Source: Naegleria gruberi (lineage: Eukaryota). From it: 64,000 nucleotides of DNA. The translations under genes were made by a program, and so were the position numbers. Below, in pieces: positions 21,131-32,010 of the stretch (within the stretch, counting starts at the first letter, position 1; every line of letters begins with the position of its first letter). The stretch lies in assembly GCA_000004985.1 (NCBI GenBank), contig GG738928.1, one strand, 5' to 3'. The notes beneath the pieces were generated by a model that saw only the letters and a list, made by a program, of their open reading frames with translations, was not told where the DNA came from and did no database searches.

Positions 21131-21615
21131 TAAATATTGGCAAATCATCATGGACTATTAAGAATTCAATTTTTATTACTTTCAGAATATCTTACAAGGT
21201 TTTTATGTATTCAACAATATCTCACTTGACAATCACTGTTGTTGTAAGGTTGTGTGAACAATAAGAGACCTGTTTAAAGATTTTTAATAGACATGAGCAT
21301 GAGTAAATGAAGGAACCACCTAAAAGGGAATATTCAAATTAATAACAATACATCTCAATTCCAATTCCAATCACATCTTCTTAATTGTTTTGTAAAATTA
21401 TTTTTCAAAAACATCAAATGATGTAATAATTTTTATTAGGCTTGAAGACAAACTCGAAAATGTAAAATTAAAAATAATTATAAAAAAAAAATAAAAGAGT
21501 AGTAATCTAGACGTACCTCGCACTCTTTTACCTTCATCATCAAGCCTTGTTTTATTTAATAATAATAATACATTATCATCAAGCAACAACAATATTACTA
21601 GAATAGTACGATACT

Positions 21616-22286
21616 ATGAGCAGCGAAAAGAAGGTAATTGATCAAGAAGAAATTGAAAATGACACTGAAGCCGAAGTTAATGAAGAAGTAGCAGAAAGGC
21701 CTATTTTAGAAAATACTTGGACATTATGGTATCATAACCCTCAAGCTAAACTTAACGAGCAAAACTATTCTCACTTTTACAATGAAGTCTATACATTCTC
21801 GGATGTTGAAACATTTTGGAGTGTTTTTAATCACATTAGAGGACCTAGTGAAATATCGACCGGTACAACTTACTTTTTATTGAAGGAAGGTATAAAACCA
21901 GAATGGGAAGATCCAAAATGTATTGGTGGTGGTGAATGGGTTTATAGTTTCCCTAAAAAGCACGTTCCAGCTGATCAATACTGGTTAGATTTAGTGATGT
22001 TTTGTGTAGGAGAGTCATTTACTTATTCGGATAATTTGCTTGGATGTTGTGTTGCCAACAGAAAGAATCAAGTATGTAATATTTAAATAATTAATTTATA
22101 ATAACTTTAATATAGATTCGTATCAATTTGTGGGTAGATACATTGGATGAAACAATAGCAAAGAGATTTGGAGAGCAATTCAAATTTGAAGCCTTAAAAA
22201 TAGGAGCAAATACAAATATCAAAATAGACTTTAAATCTTTCAAAGATCAATTGGACGGTAAAAAGACAGTTTTACAAGTAGTGTAA
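21616..22286 (+). CDS. eIF4E: eIF4E-family cap-binding protein, paralog 2; exons 21616..22071 and 22116..22286, intron 22072..22115
   Basis: NTWTLWYHNPQAKLNEQNY...VETFWSVFNHIRGPSEISTGTTYFLLKEGIKPEWEDPKCIGGGEWVYSF...LLGCCVANRKNQ, then GTATGT..(44 nt)..ATATAG, then IRINLWVDTLDETIAKRFGEQFKFE.... The junction is phase 0 and colinear with paralog 1 (ANRKSMIRISFWLDT). Confidence 0.85.
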
Positions 22287-22414
22287 ATTCCTTTTTAAAA
22301 TGAATTTCAAAACGAACTCGACTGAAAAGGAGCTCATTATCGTTCGATTCAGAAAATCTTAAATAAATAACAAAAAAACAATATAAAATTTATCTAAATT
22401 TAGGTAAATAATAT

Positions 22415-23893
22415 TTATATAGCCTCAATTAAATGATAATTCTTCTTTCCTAATCTCAATACAGCAATTGATCCATTACCTGCCACAAGATCAGCTTCTG
22501 TCATGACATATTTTGGATCTATTTGTCTCTTGTAATTAATGTAAAAACCTCCACTCTTGATCAATTTACCCAATTCAGATTTGGATGGTCCAAGCTTGAG
22601 AGCTAAAGCAATATCTATAATTGGCTTAGATAAAAGATCTTCCTTTGGTACTTGTCCACCAACAGAATCCTTCATTAGTGATGTAATATCTTTCTTTGAT
22701 AAGGTCTTTAAAATTTCAATTGCTTCCTCACTGCTAGCTCCAAATAATAAATTTGTACATTTTTGTACCTTTTCCAATTGTTCCTTTCCGTGAATTTGTG
22801 TTGTTAATTCTTCAGCAAGTCTTTGTTGAGCAATTCTCTTTTCTGGTTGCTGATTGTGTTCTTGTAAGATTTGGTCAATATCTTCCAAGCTAACAAATGT
22901 TAACATTTTCAATAATTTCTCCACATCAGCATCTTGAACTCTGAGGAAATATTGATAAAAATCAAAGACAGAAGTCATTTCAGGATTGAGCCAGACAGCA
23001 TTACCCATAGATTTACCAAATTTAACTCCATCAGCAGTTGTGAGTAAAGGAATTGTCATACCACTGCATACTGATTGACAACTTTCTGGCATGGCTGTTT
23101 GCTTTTTCTTTATGAATTCCAATCCACTTGTAATATTTCCCCATTGATCAGATCCTCCAATTTGAAGTCTTACGTTATTTGAGTTCAATAAATGGAAAAA
23201 ATCATAACTTTGGAAAAGTGAGTAGGAAAATTCAGTAAAAGTCATACCACCATTATCAGCATCAGCATTTTCAACTCTAGATTTAACACTGTCCAATCTT
23301 AACATGTTAGCAATTTGGAAATATTTTCCAACATTTCTCAATAAATCAATCATTTTCATTTCTCCCAACCAATCAGCATTATTGACAACTGTGACATTGT
23401 TCTTAGAGGAGAAGAAAGAATTCATTTCTCTCTTCAATCCTTCAATATTATTATTAATTGTTGATTCATCCAAGAGAGGTCTCTCTGTTTTTCTGCCACT
23501 TGGATCACCAATTCTACCAGTTGCACCACCAACAAGACAATAAATATGAACATTCTTTGGATTAAAAGCCAATTGGAATCTCTTCAAAGTTTGAAGAACA
23601 AGCAAATTGCCAACATGAAGCCCCGAAGCTGTAGGATCAAAACCAGCATAAATACCAATAGACTTGGCCAATTCACTACCACTGTTCATTTCTTGCATTA
23701 AATTATCAAATCCCGAAGTAGCATCATTATAAATTCCTCTCTTTTTTAAATCGGAAATAAATTCATTATTATTTGATGATGAAGTTTGATTAAATCTCCT
23801 TTGAATATTGTTTCCTCCGATTAAATACTTTCTGTTCTTTAAAAAAAGGCCCGAGTCAACAAGGCTTGTTTGACGAAGAAGGCTTCGTTGCAT
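22415..23893 (-). CDS. YARS2: Tyrosyl-tRNA synthetase, bacterial/mitochondrial type
   Basis: HIGH-type motif GFDPTASGLHVGNLLVL and KMSKS-type motif GVKFGKSMGNAVWL. C-terminal S4-like domain: KSELGKLIKSGGFYINYKR. The N-terminus MQRSLLRQTSLVDSGLFLKNRKY resembles a mitochondrial presequence. Confidence 0.92.
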   Translation of the reverse strand: MQRSLLRQTSLVDSGLFLKNRKYLIGGNNIQRRFNQTSSSNNNEFISDLKKRGIYNDATSGFDNLMQEMNSGSELAKSIGIYAGFDPTASGLHVGNLLVLQTLKRFQLAFNPKNVHIYCLVGGATGRIGDPSGRKTERPLLDESTINNNIEGLKREMNSFFSSKNNVTVVNNADWLGEMKMIDLLRNVGKYFQIANMLRLDSVKSRVENADADNGGMTFTEFSYSLFQSYDFFHLLNSNNVRLQIGGSDQWGNITSGLEFIKKKQTAMPESCQSVCSGMTIPLLTTADGVKFGKSMGNAVWLNPEMTSVFDFYQYFLRVQDADVEKLLKMLTFVSLEDIDQILQEHNQQPEKRIAQQRLAEELTTQIHGKEQLEKVQKCTNLLFGASSEEAIEILKTLSKKDITSLMKDSVGGQVPKEDLLSKPIIDIALALKLGPSKSELGKLIKSGGFYINYKRQIDPKYVMTEADLVAGNGSIAVLRLGKKNYHLIEAI

Positions 23894-24074
23894 TTTTTTT
23901 CAAAAATTCAATCAAAATTAATTATCCTAAATTGGATATTTTAAATAATTATTTTCATATGTTTTTAACTATTAAATATTAAGCTAATTTTATTAAATTA
24001 TGAGTATTGAATTAATTCTCGCAGTCAACTTGATATTTAATGTTGTAAAAAATATTTAAAAACATTTAAAAAAA

Positions 24075-24836
24075 ATGACTCGAGTAAAGATTGCAATTCT
24101 CGACGTTTCCGATCACGTCCAACTCTTTGAAGACGATCTATTCAAAAAGTACATGTTCACCGATGATATTTCCGAGTGCACTTCGTATCATGTTGCTAAA
24201 AATCAGTGGCCATCCGAAACTCTAAATTCTCATCAAATTGTTCAATTTATTGTACAAAATTATGATGCTGTATTAATTCCTGGTAGTGAGGATTGTTGTA
24301 TGGATGATTCTCTGTGCTACATTGAAGTTCTATGTAATGTTATTAGAGAATTAATTGATCGGGATTTTCCAATATTTGCTGTTTGCTTTGGTGCACAAGC
24401 AGTTTCGAGAGCCTTGAATGGAAATGATGGAGTTTCCAAGTTGAAGAATTTGAATGAGAAACCAGAGTTTGGAATTGTTTTAATTGATTTTGTGGATGAG
24501 GATGCAAGAGGGAATTTGCTGTTCAGAGGAATTGAGAAGGGTTTCTATTCATCCTCTTCACATTCAGATTGTTTCTTATTGAATGAAAAGTGTGAGCATT
24601 TACTCAAATCAAGACATTGGAAGAATCAAGCTTATCAAGTTAAGGATAAATTAACATTTGGCTTACAATTTCATCCAGAGATGGATCTTGTCACATCAGA
24701 AGAAATATTCAAGACTCTTAAAGATATTCCAGTTCTTTATGATGACAATGAAAAACAGGTAGATATGACTGTTGGTAAAATTATGGCTAAAAACTTTTGT
24801 GAAATGGTTATCAAGCACAAAGAAACAAAATTGTAG
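24075..24836 (+). CDS. Class I glutamine amidotransferase-like protein (GATase1 / GMP-synthase-type domain)
   Basis: Nucleophile elbow PIFAVCFGAQAV and the His/Glu motif FGLQFHPEMD. Size is ~250 aa. It is divergent from TyrRS, with 181 bp between the two start codons. Confidence 0.7.
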   Translation: MTRVKIAILDVSDHVQLFEDDLFKKYMFTDDISECTSYHVAKNQWPSETLNSHQIVQFIVQNYDAVLIPGSEDCCMDDSLCYIEVLCNVIRELIDRDFPIFAVCFGAQAVSRALNGNDGVSKLKNLNEKPEFGIVLIDFVDEDARGNLLFRGIEKGFYSSSSHSDCFLLNEKCEHLLKSRHWKNQAYQVKDKLTFGLQFHPEMDLVTSEEIFKTLKDIPVLYDDNEKQVDMTVGKIMAKNFCEMVIKHKETKL

Positions 24837-24916
24837 AGAAATCCAACTGGTCAATTGTAATATTTCATTAATTATTAAAAATATCTTATAAAATTGAAGA
24901 TTTTCTCTATTTAATA

Positions 24917-26371
24917 TTAATAGCCAACATAGGATGGAGTGTGAACGGTGAATTTGGCATTATGGAAATCTCTCTTCAATAAGCTATCGCTACTGATGGA
25001 GTAAATAAAGTGAGTAAGGAATTGAGTAGTGGGATAGATTGCATTGGTTGAGAAGAGAATAATATCATCCTTTTCAGATTTGAAATTATTGGTGTAGTTT
25101 CCATAATATTGTCCAAGGAAATGAGAGTCAAATGATGGAGAGAATGCTTCTAATTCATAGTAGGTGTAATCATCATACCTCTCCCTGCTGGAATTGATGA
25201 ATATTCTAGTGTCTGCTGAGATACCTAATTTCAGTGAGTGGTTATGGAGTTTGACAACCTGAGATTCACTACCATCCAGTTGAGCAAGCGGAACAGTTGA
25301 GTTATCTTTGTAATCTTGATATACAACATATCCATCAATAGCATCAATTTTTGCTTCATTTAACTCAACTCGAATGTTTTCCATTTTGACAAAAAAGTAT
25401 AAAAACCCAGATTTTGGAATTTGATAATTAATCAATGAACCAAGTTCAGAGCAGTCAAGTTGACCAACAAATACATATCCTTTTCTCCAAATAGCTGATT
25501 TGTTTGTCGTATTTGGAGAACCTCCAATCTTTGTTTTAGAGCCATCATTTGGCTTATTGGAATCAAAATAATCTGGATACAAATTGTAGGATAAGGAAAC
25601 AGCATTATTTAAAATCTCCTCAGAACTATTATCTACAGATTCTGATTTCATAAAACTTGAAATAATTGATTTCTTTGAGTTTAAATGAGGAAATAAATCA
25701 GAAAAGAATTTAGTTTTCCATCCTTTTGATTCATCGTTTCTAATTTGTGAAAGTGTAGAACTGGTTGCATAGGTGAAGAATAATGGATCTTCAATCATTG
25801 TTAAATGATAACAGTATTTCCAAATTTCATCATTTTCAACAATTAAACAATTCCAATATTTGCAGACAATTCTCATCCTCAATAGTTCATTAAAATTTCC
25901 AATAAATTTCAAAATATTTGAGTGAACATCTGGTACCAGAGCTGATAGACTAGCTCCCTCTCTAATAGAGACTTGGGATGAGTCAGTATGTTGATTGAAC
26001 CAATTGTTCACAAGTACCAATGTAATGTTCGAAAAATAACTCGAAACCCCTGGAAGTGAGTTGTTCAACTCTTGATCATTCTTAATTGCACACTCAATTG
26101 CATATTGTCCAATTGAGGAACAGTGAAAAGTAAGTGTGTAATTCAAAGAAAGCTCAAGAATTTCTCCCAACACAAACTTGATAATTCTCTTCAAACAAAC
26201 AGCAAGCACCTTCTCTTGGTTTTCAATTTGATGCTTTAAACTTCCAAAATTGAGTGTAAAATACTTTCCAATAAATCTTTCAACACTCAAACTCTCTGCA
26301 GCATCATCCACCATCACATGTTCAATCTGAAGTAAATTCTTCATTGGAAAGGCAGCCAATTGTCCTTCCAA
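24917..26371 (-). CDS. Histone H2A-like fold + F-box + DUF1963 (YwqG-like) protein; 5' end unresolved
   Basis: H2A-like region: QLAAFPMKNLL...EKVLAVCLKRIIKFVLGEILELSLNYTLTFHCSSIGQYAIECAIKNDQELNNSLPGV. Compare H2A LQFPVGR...[49 protein letters not shown]. F-box: LVPDVHSNILKFIGNFNELLRMRIVCKYWNCLI. DUF1963-like: KIGGSPNTTNKSAIWRKGYVFVGQLDCSELGSLINYQIPKSGFLYFFV. The track start is TTG. The frame is open from 26398, and the first ATG is at 26342-26344. Confidence 0.6.
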   Translation of the reverse strand: MEGQLAAFPMKNLLQIEHVMVDDAAESLSVERFIGKYFTLNFGSLKHQIENQEKVLAVCLKRIIKFVLGEILELSLNYTLTFHCSSIGQYAIECAIKNDQELNNSLPGVSSYFSNITLVLVNNWFNQHTDSSQVSIREGASLSALVPDVHSNILKFIGNFNELLRMRIVCKYWNCLIVENDEIWKYCYHLTMIEDPLFFTYATSSTLSQIRNDESKGWKTKFFSDLFPHLNSKKSIISSFMKSESVDNSSEEILNNAVSLSYNLYPDYFDSNKPNDGSKTKIGGSPNTTNKSAIWRKGYVFVGQLDCSELGSLINYQIPKSGFLYFFVKMENIRVELNEAKIDAIDGYVVYQDYKDNSTVPLAQLDGSESQVVKLHNHSLKLGISADTRIFINSSRERYDDYTYYELEAFSPSFDSHFLGQYYGNYTNNFKSEKDDIILFSTNAIYPTTQFLTHFIYSISSDSLLKRDFHNAKFTVHTPSYVGY

Positions 26372-26697
26372 ATTCTTATACTGGTTTCCGAATGCTCTTT
26401 ACTATCCATCGAATTTTCATCCACAAAACCTTTCAACAATTCCTTGATTGGACCATCAACAGCACTCTTATATTCTTCTTTCATCAAGATATAGGGTTTC
26501 AAATCATCAATTAATTTCCAGAATAAAACCAAACCAATAGAAGCCAAACTTTTATAACCACAACTAGCAATAAAAATCTTCTTTTCCAATTTTGACGCCT
26601 TTTCCTCCAATTGGTCGGCATTGAAATCGATTGGAACAGTGAGAGGGAACCCATATCTATCTAGACGGTGGGCAGTACCCTGTATTCGTTGTTCCAA
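26341..26697 (-). CDS. Open frame immediately upstream of, and overlapping, the H2A-like gene in another frame; probable 5' part of the same gene (frameshift) or a separate small gene
   Basis: 118-codon open frame with no ATG near its 5' end (the track start is TTG). Its stop (26341-26343) overlaps the downstream ATG as ATGA. The two frames are simultaneously open over 26344..26398. Confidence 0.35.
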   Translation of the reverse strand: MEQRIQGTAHRLDRYGFPLTVPIDFNADQLEEKASKLEKKIFIASCGYKSLASIGLVLFWKLIDDLKPYILMKEEYKSAVDGPIKELLKGFVDENSMDSKEHSETSIRIWKDNWLPFQ

Positions 26698-27166
26698 CCA
26701 AATTTTTTTAGAGTCGAGCCAATTTTATAAATATTTTAATATTATTTATTCTTCGGATGATATTTCGTCGCCACTTTATTCATCACTTCCACTTTGTGGA
26801 TTCTGATGCATCATCTTCCTCATATTCTGATCTGCTGGTAGTATCGTCTTGGTAAATTCTTGGAAAGCTTTTGGAGTTTATGGTTGATGGTTGGTATTTC
26901 ATCATCAACAGGATTTCCTCTTTTTGTTGCCAATTTCTTGGTTTCTTTGTTGTTGGAGATTTAGATGTAAGAAGAAGATTCCAGTCAAAGAAACTTCCTG
27001 ATGATGGGTTGTTGTATTAATTTTCTAGCCAACTGCCATGTTGTTCAGTTGCTTCCAAATACCAGCTTGTGATTGGACATTGTGGCCAGTAGACAAAATC
27101 TCTTAATTTTTTTAAATTTTAATTTAACGGTTTTTATCAACCAAATGTCAAAGCAACGGATCTTCT

Positions 27167-27340
27167 GTGGCTCGACTTTGAAATTTTTTTGTCTGACCCG
27201 GCTCGACTTGTAAAAATTTTTGTCTGACCCGGCTTGACTTGTAAATTTTTTAGCCTGACCCGGCTCGACTTCGAAATTTCGCAAGTTCTGCATAAAATGC
27301 CTCTGGCTCGACTTTGAAATTTTTACTCCCTGACCCGGCA
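27167..27340. repeat. Tandem repeat, 31-bp unit with GC-rich core (CTGACCCGGCTCGACTTGTAAAAATTTTTGT), about 5 units, degenerate at the ends
   Basis: TGACCCGG occurs at 27194, 27225, 27256 and 27331. GGCTCGACTT (or GGCTTGACTT) occurs at 27169, 27200, 27231, 27262 and 27305. The three central units have an exact 31-bp period. Confidence 0.85.
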
Positions 27341-27685
27341 TTTTACATCACTGACCACCGTCTATATCAGAGCATTATTTCTTTCCATTTTTTTGTGATT
27401 TTGTTATTGAGCGATTACAAAAACAGTAAAGCCACATGAGAGTGTCATCTAAAGGGTGTAATACACATTAAGAAATATCTACGGTAGAATGTTGTTGAAT
27501 TCTGAAACTGCATTCATTGAAAATCAATGATGTTCTTTAGGAAAGAGTATTACAATATTTATTATTTTGTTTTTTGTAATCCACTCTTCGGTATCTTCTT
27601 TCCATTTAACCATGAAGGAACTTTAAGTTCTTCAAAATTCCACAATTATTGGACGTCTTTATCCGCTCAACAATCACAAAAAAAA

Positions 27686-29541
27686 ATGGCTCAATACTAT
27701 TTACTTCGGGAGCTTGACGATTTGTCCCTAGAGGATTTGCACAAGTCTGTAAAGCCTACAAAAAAAGAGAAGACAAGCAAGGATGATAAACCAAGAAACA
27801 AAGATCAGCCAAGTAATGATGTAATACCACAAAAACTGGTGGTGTTGAACAAGTCTCACCAAATAAAACAACGCAAAGTCTATGAACGAACAAAGAAGGA
27901 GGAGACTCGTTTTATCAAACCTAAACGTAATATTGACCATTATAATGTTGCACCAACCTCACATTTTGAACAGTTGCCGACCGATTGTTTTCTTCATATT
28001 TTTGAATTTATGGAATTGACAGAAATTAAAAGGCTAGCCTACAGAATGAGTCCTTGTATTACTTTACAATTACTAGAGACGGAATCAAATCAGGGTTTTT
28101 ATAGATTATTGTGCCAAGAACAGATGAGAATGGATTTGAATTGTGCTATTGATTCCATAAATGAAAGAGGGAAAGTGAGAGGAAACTCAAGGATACGAAG
28201 ATACAATAGGCGTGTTGAAGATTCATCCAATCGAACAATATTGGGTCCGATTAAGGATTTGAGAGAGAATTTAAGAGTTTGTGTTCTGAAAGCAAAGAGT
28301 TTGTTTCCGTATTGGTTTAATGAGAATTCTGCATTGAATAAGTCAGTTTATGAAGCTGTTAAACATTCTTACTCAATTAATGAAACTCCTGTTTATCATA
28401 ATTTATCAGAACATCATCAGTCCATTTCTGATCAATATAAAGAGAAGGAAGAGAAGGAAGCAGTAGAGAAAACAAATTCATTCCTGGAAAAACTTGAGAA
28501 ACAAGTGGAAAAACAATCGAAAAGACCATCTAAATGGAAGCAAATATGGAATGGATGTTTTCTTCAAAATTTAGTGAACAGTACTATAAATGCAACAGTA
28601 GAATTTGAGAAACGAGCTCAGAAAGATTCACCACTAATTAGTGAATTAGCCAGTTACCTTAAAACAATGAGTGGCTTATTAACTTTGGAAAATACGCAAC
28701 TAAGAAGAAAGATAATGTTTGAAACTTTAACTAGAAGACGAGTACTCACACGTACTGTATTTTTTGCTAAATTAGTTGGAATTTTATACTCGTTTAGAGA
28801 TCAATATCTTCCTGAACAAATAGAACAACAATTTGAAAAATTATTAGATTTTTTCATAGAAGAATCGATTGCTCATGGTGTAGAAACTTGTCCTCTTGTT
28901 GATTGTAAGTTTGTTATTGACTTAATCTAACTTTTTCAGGTTTCATTGAAAATAATTCGCCAATTCACATGATATTAAGATCTGGACATACTCCTTTGAG
29001 TGTCAATATCATCACCAAGCATTGGAAAATTATTAAGCGCACTTCCAGAGATTTCAGATTCTATTTATTTGTAAAATGCATTTGGCAGCTGGTTGACTTT
29101 AAAGTTATACACGCCCTCTTTAAGTTTGGTATTGTTGATTCCTCTATTTTGACACATAACTTTACTAATAGAGGATCTAGATCAGTAGATATTTATTTCA
29201 TGACAACCATCGATAAATGGAATATGAATGATAATCACATTACATACTTTGGAAACATCTTCAACTTGATGGTTACCACTTTGGATGAAAGAGGGACAGA
29301 ACATTACAAAAAGCGTGAAATTAGAAGCCATAGTAGTTTATTTTCATCATCTAATCCAAGTGTTATGCTATTCTTACATAGGATATCACAATACCGTCCA
29401 AGCACTAAAGGAAACGTTGCCGACTTTTTTGCAGAGGCAATTCAAAAGTTGAAGGACAAAGTGATAACCTCATCTTTGGCAGATGATAGACCAACTTTTG
29501 AATATGTGAATTTTGGAAAAAACAAATTTGCCACGCTGTAA
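27686..29541 (+). CDS. F-box-like protein of unknown function; exons 27686..28904 and 28940..29541, intron 28905..28939 (35 nt)
   Basis: F-box-like FEQLPTDCFLHIFEFMELTEIKRLAYRMSP. The intron is GTAAGTTTGTTATTGACTTAATCTAACTTTTTCAG, with a CTAAC branch-like motif. The phase-1 junction is in frame (...CPLVD-C-FIENNSPIHMILRSGH...). The likely ATG is at 27686 (AAAAAAAATGG context, MAQYYLLRELDD). The open frame extends to an ATG at 27527 encoding an implausible F/Y-rich leader. Confidence 0.6.
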
Positions 29542-29732
29542 AATAAATCAACTGTAGATGACAGCAAATCTCAACTGCGTGTATTCAAGGCCTCGCTCAT
29601 TTGTTAGTTCAAATGGTGCATTATCGTAGAATTTTAAAACTATATTAATACCATCGCATCTCCAAATATCTCAACACCTTTGTTTGGTCCCTTAATCATT
29701 GTGTCTGTTCCCCATTTGAAAAGAGATTAAAA

Positions 29733-32010
29733 ATGCCTTTAAATGCATCGAATGTATCCAACAGAAGTAAGGATGATGTGATCATCGAGGATGGGTATAC
29801 AGCATCTTCATCGTTATCGTCATCCTCATTATCGTTATTAAGGGCAGGTGATAGTAAAAGCTGCAGTAGCTGTTCAATAGAAGCAGCAACTCCATGGAAA
29901 CAAGATACATCCTCATCATCAACATCAGATGACTTCATAATTCCTATTCGGAATGGTAGGAGCAACTCTCGCCAATTCATAAAAACACCATCCTTTTCAT
30001 CCCTTTCAACAATAATAGATTCTTCACTTCCATCAACGCCTAAATCATTGCCTTCATCACCATCATCATTACAAAATCATCAAGAAGGAACAGAACCACC
30101 TCTTACTGATACTCTCCTAGTTAAATCGATGAGCGAATGTAAGAATGACATGGAGAGGGGCATGTTGAACATGTTGGCTGATAAGAAGAATCTTCAGAGA
30201 TTGGTCGGAATTCTCTTCATCTTTGCCACTCTACAAAGTGTTCAACAAATGACACTCTATGAAAATTTATTGAATATTGCCTTTTTCCTTGTTCAGTGCC
30301 TTAATAATTATTTAAGACAAACTAATAATGATACAGCTCTCACCTATGAGGAATCATTCAAACATTTGGATAAAAGAGAAATTATAAGAACTGTTTTTTC
30401 AATGGTCATGTACACTTTGAGAATGATGTATCTTCCCAAACACAAGATGATTTTCCTTCCAGTGCTTTTTATTTGGTTTGCAGGAGCTAACAAACTATAT
30501 ATCTACTCTACATTTTGGGGATTACTACCCACTTACTATGCTTCAGTGATGTATATATCGTTGGCTTGCTATTTTGGATTTTATGAATTGTTAGAGAATG
30601 GGTACACTGAGACATTTCTAAATTTAATGATGGATTACTTTATTTTGGTGGCTGTGGTGTGGATGTGGACATATTATCTGGTTAATGTAACTGGATTCTT
30701 GAAACACAAAGTGGACAAACTGAAGGAAACAAGGAAACGTTTGGAAAGTGCTTTGGAAGCACGAAGTAGATTCATTGCACATGTGAGTCATGAATTCCGT
30801 TGTCCAATCATGTCCAGCATTGGGTGTTTAGAATTGTTGAAAGAAACTCCTCTGAATGAGAAACAAAATGATCTCGTAGATACAATAGTTTCATCGAATA
30901 GTGTCATTCTTCTATTGATTGAAGACATTTTACAAATTGTTAAAATTGAACATGAAAGTAAGGGTGCAAAGAAGGAAGATACAAATATTCAACCTTTCAA
31001 TATTTTCGAATCATTGAAATCGCTGAAAGGAATAATTTCTGGTTATGCTTCGAATTTTAAGGTTAAGCTTAATTTGGAAATTGATGAAGGAATTAAGAAC
31101 TTGACAGTTTTATCAAATCCTTCAAAGATCCATCAAATACTTTCTAATTTGCTGACGAATGCAGTGAAAGCATCAAAGAAAGATGATGATGTTTGGCTTA
31201 AATGCAATATTTTGGAAAAGAAAGATGATGAAACTGTAAAGATTAGATTTACTTGTCAAGATTTTGGATGTGGAATTCCTCCTAATTTGTTGGAATCTAT
31301 ATTTGAACCCTTTGTACAATTGCAAAATAATTCACAATCAAAAGTACCTAGCTCTGGGCTAGGATTGACTACAGTATCTCATTTAATCAAGACATTGAAT
31401 GGAACTATTAACGTTGAATCACAGGTTGGAATAGGAAGCTCATTTACAGTTGACTTGGCTTTTAAAATTGTTCCAAACGAGGTAAAATATAAAGTTCAAG
31501 AAAATGTTGTTGTAGAAGAAAAGAGATCGAAACTACACTTGAACGTTCACAAGAATTACTTGAACCTGATGTCACATTTAGAAGAAGGTGAAAAGGAAAT
31601 GGAAGAAACTCCAAAATTCAATTCCAATGTTTTGATAGCTGAAGATAATCCAATCAATAGAAAAGTTATTGTAAAGATGATTAATAGTATGGGAAGTGAA
31701 ACTGATTTTGTTTGTGATGGAAAGGAATTGGTTGAAAAGTTTAATCCAAGCACTCACAAAGTTGTATTTACTGATATGGTAGGTAGCTCAAATTTCGTTT
31801 TTTAAGGTCTAATAACAATAATAGAATATGCCAAATATGAACGGATTAGAAGCAGCCAAGAAATTAAGAGAAAAATTTGGAAATACTTTCAGGATTTATC
31901 TCTTGACAGGAAATGTCACAATTTCATTATCTGATGAAATTGGTGTGTTTGATGGAGTGTTAACTAAACCTTGTTCTAAACAGGATTTGAAAAAATGTTT
32001 GGAAAATTAG
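29733..32010 (+). CDS. Membrane-bound hybrid histidine kinase (about 6 TM + HisKA + HATPase_c + receiver); exons 29733..31778 and 31825..32010, intron 31779..31824
   Basis: H box RSRFIAHVSHEFRCPIMS, N box LSNLLTNAVKAS, G1 QDFGCGIP, G2 SSGLGLTTVSHLIKTLNGTINVES. Receiver: VLIAEDNPINRKVIVKM...KVVFTDM/NMPNMNGLEAAKKLRE...VLTKP. The GTAGGT..TAATAG intron is phase 0 and lies directly after the phospho-acceptor Asp-Met. Confidence 0.9.

Noticed and set aside
26376-26397. A 22-nt GTAAAG...CCAG 'intron' that might join the two frames of the H2A-like gene.
   Set aside because: It is far shorter than any supported intron here (minimum 35 nt), and the resulting junction is out of frame.
27045-27341. 98-aa ORF on the minus strand.
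   Set aside because: It lies entirely on the 31-bp tandem repeat. Its periodic peptide (…KNF…) simply mirrors the repeat.
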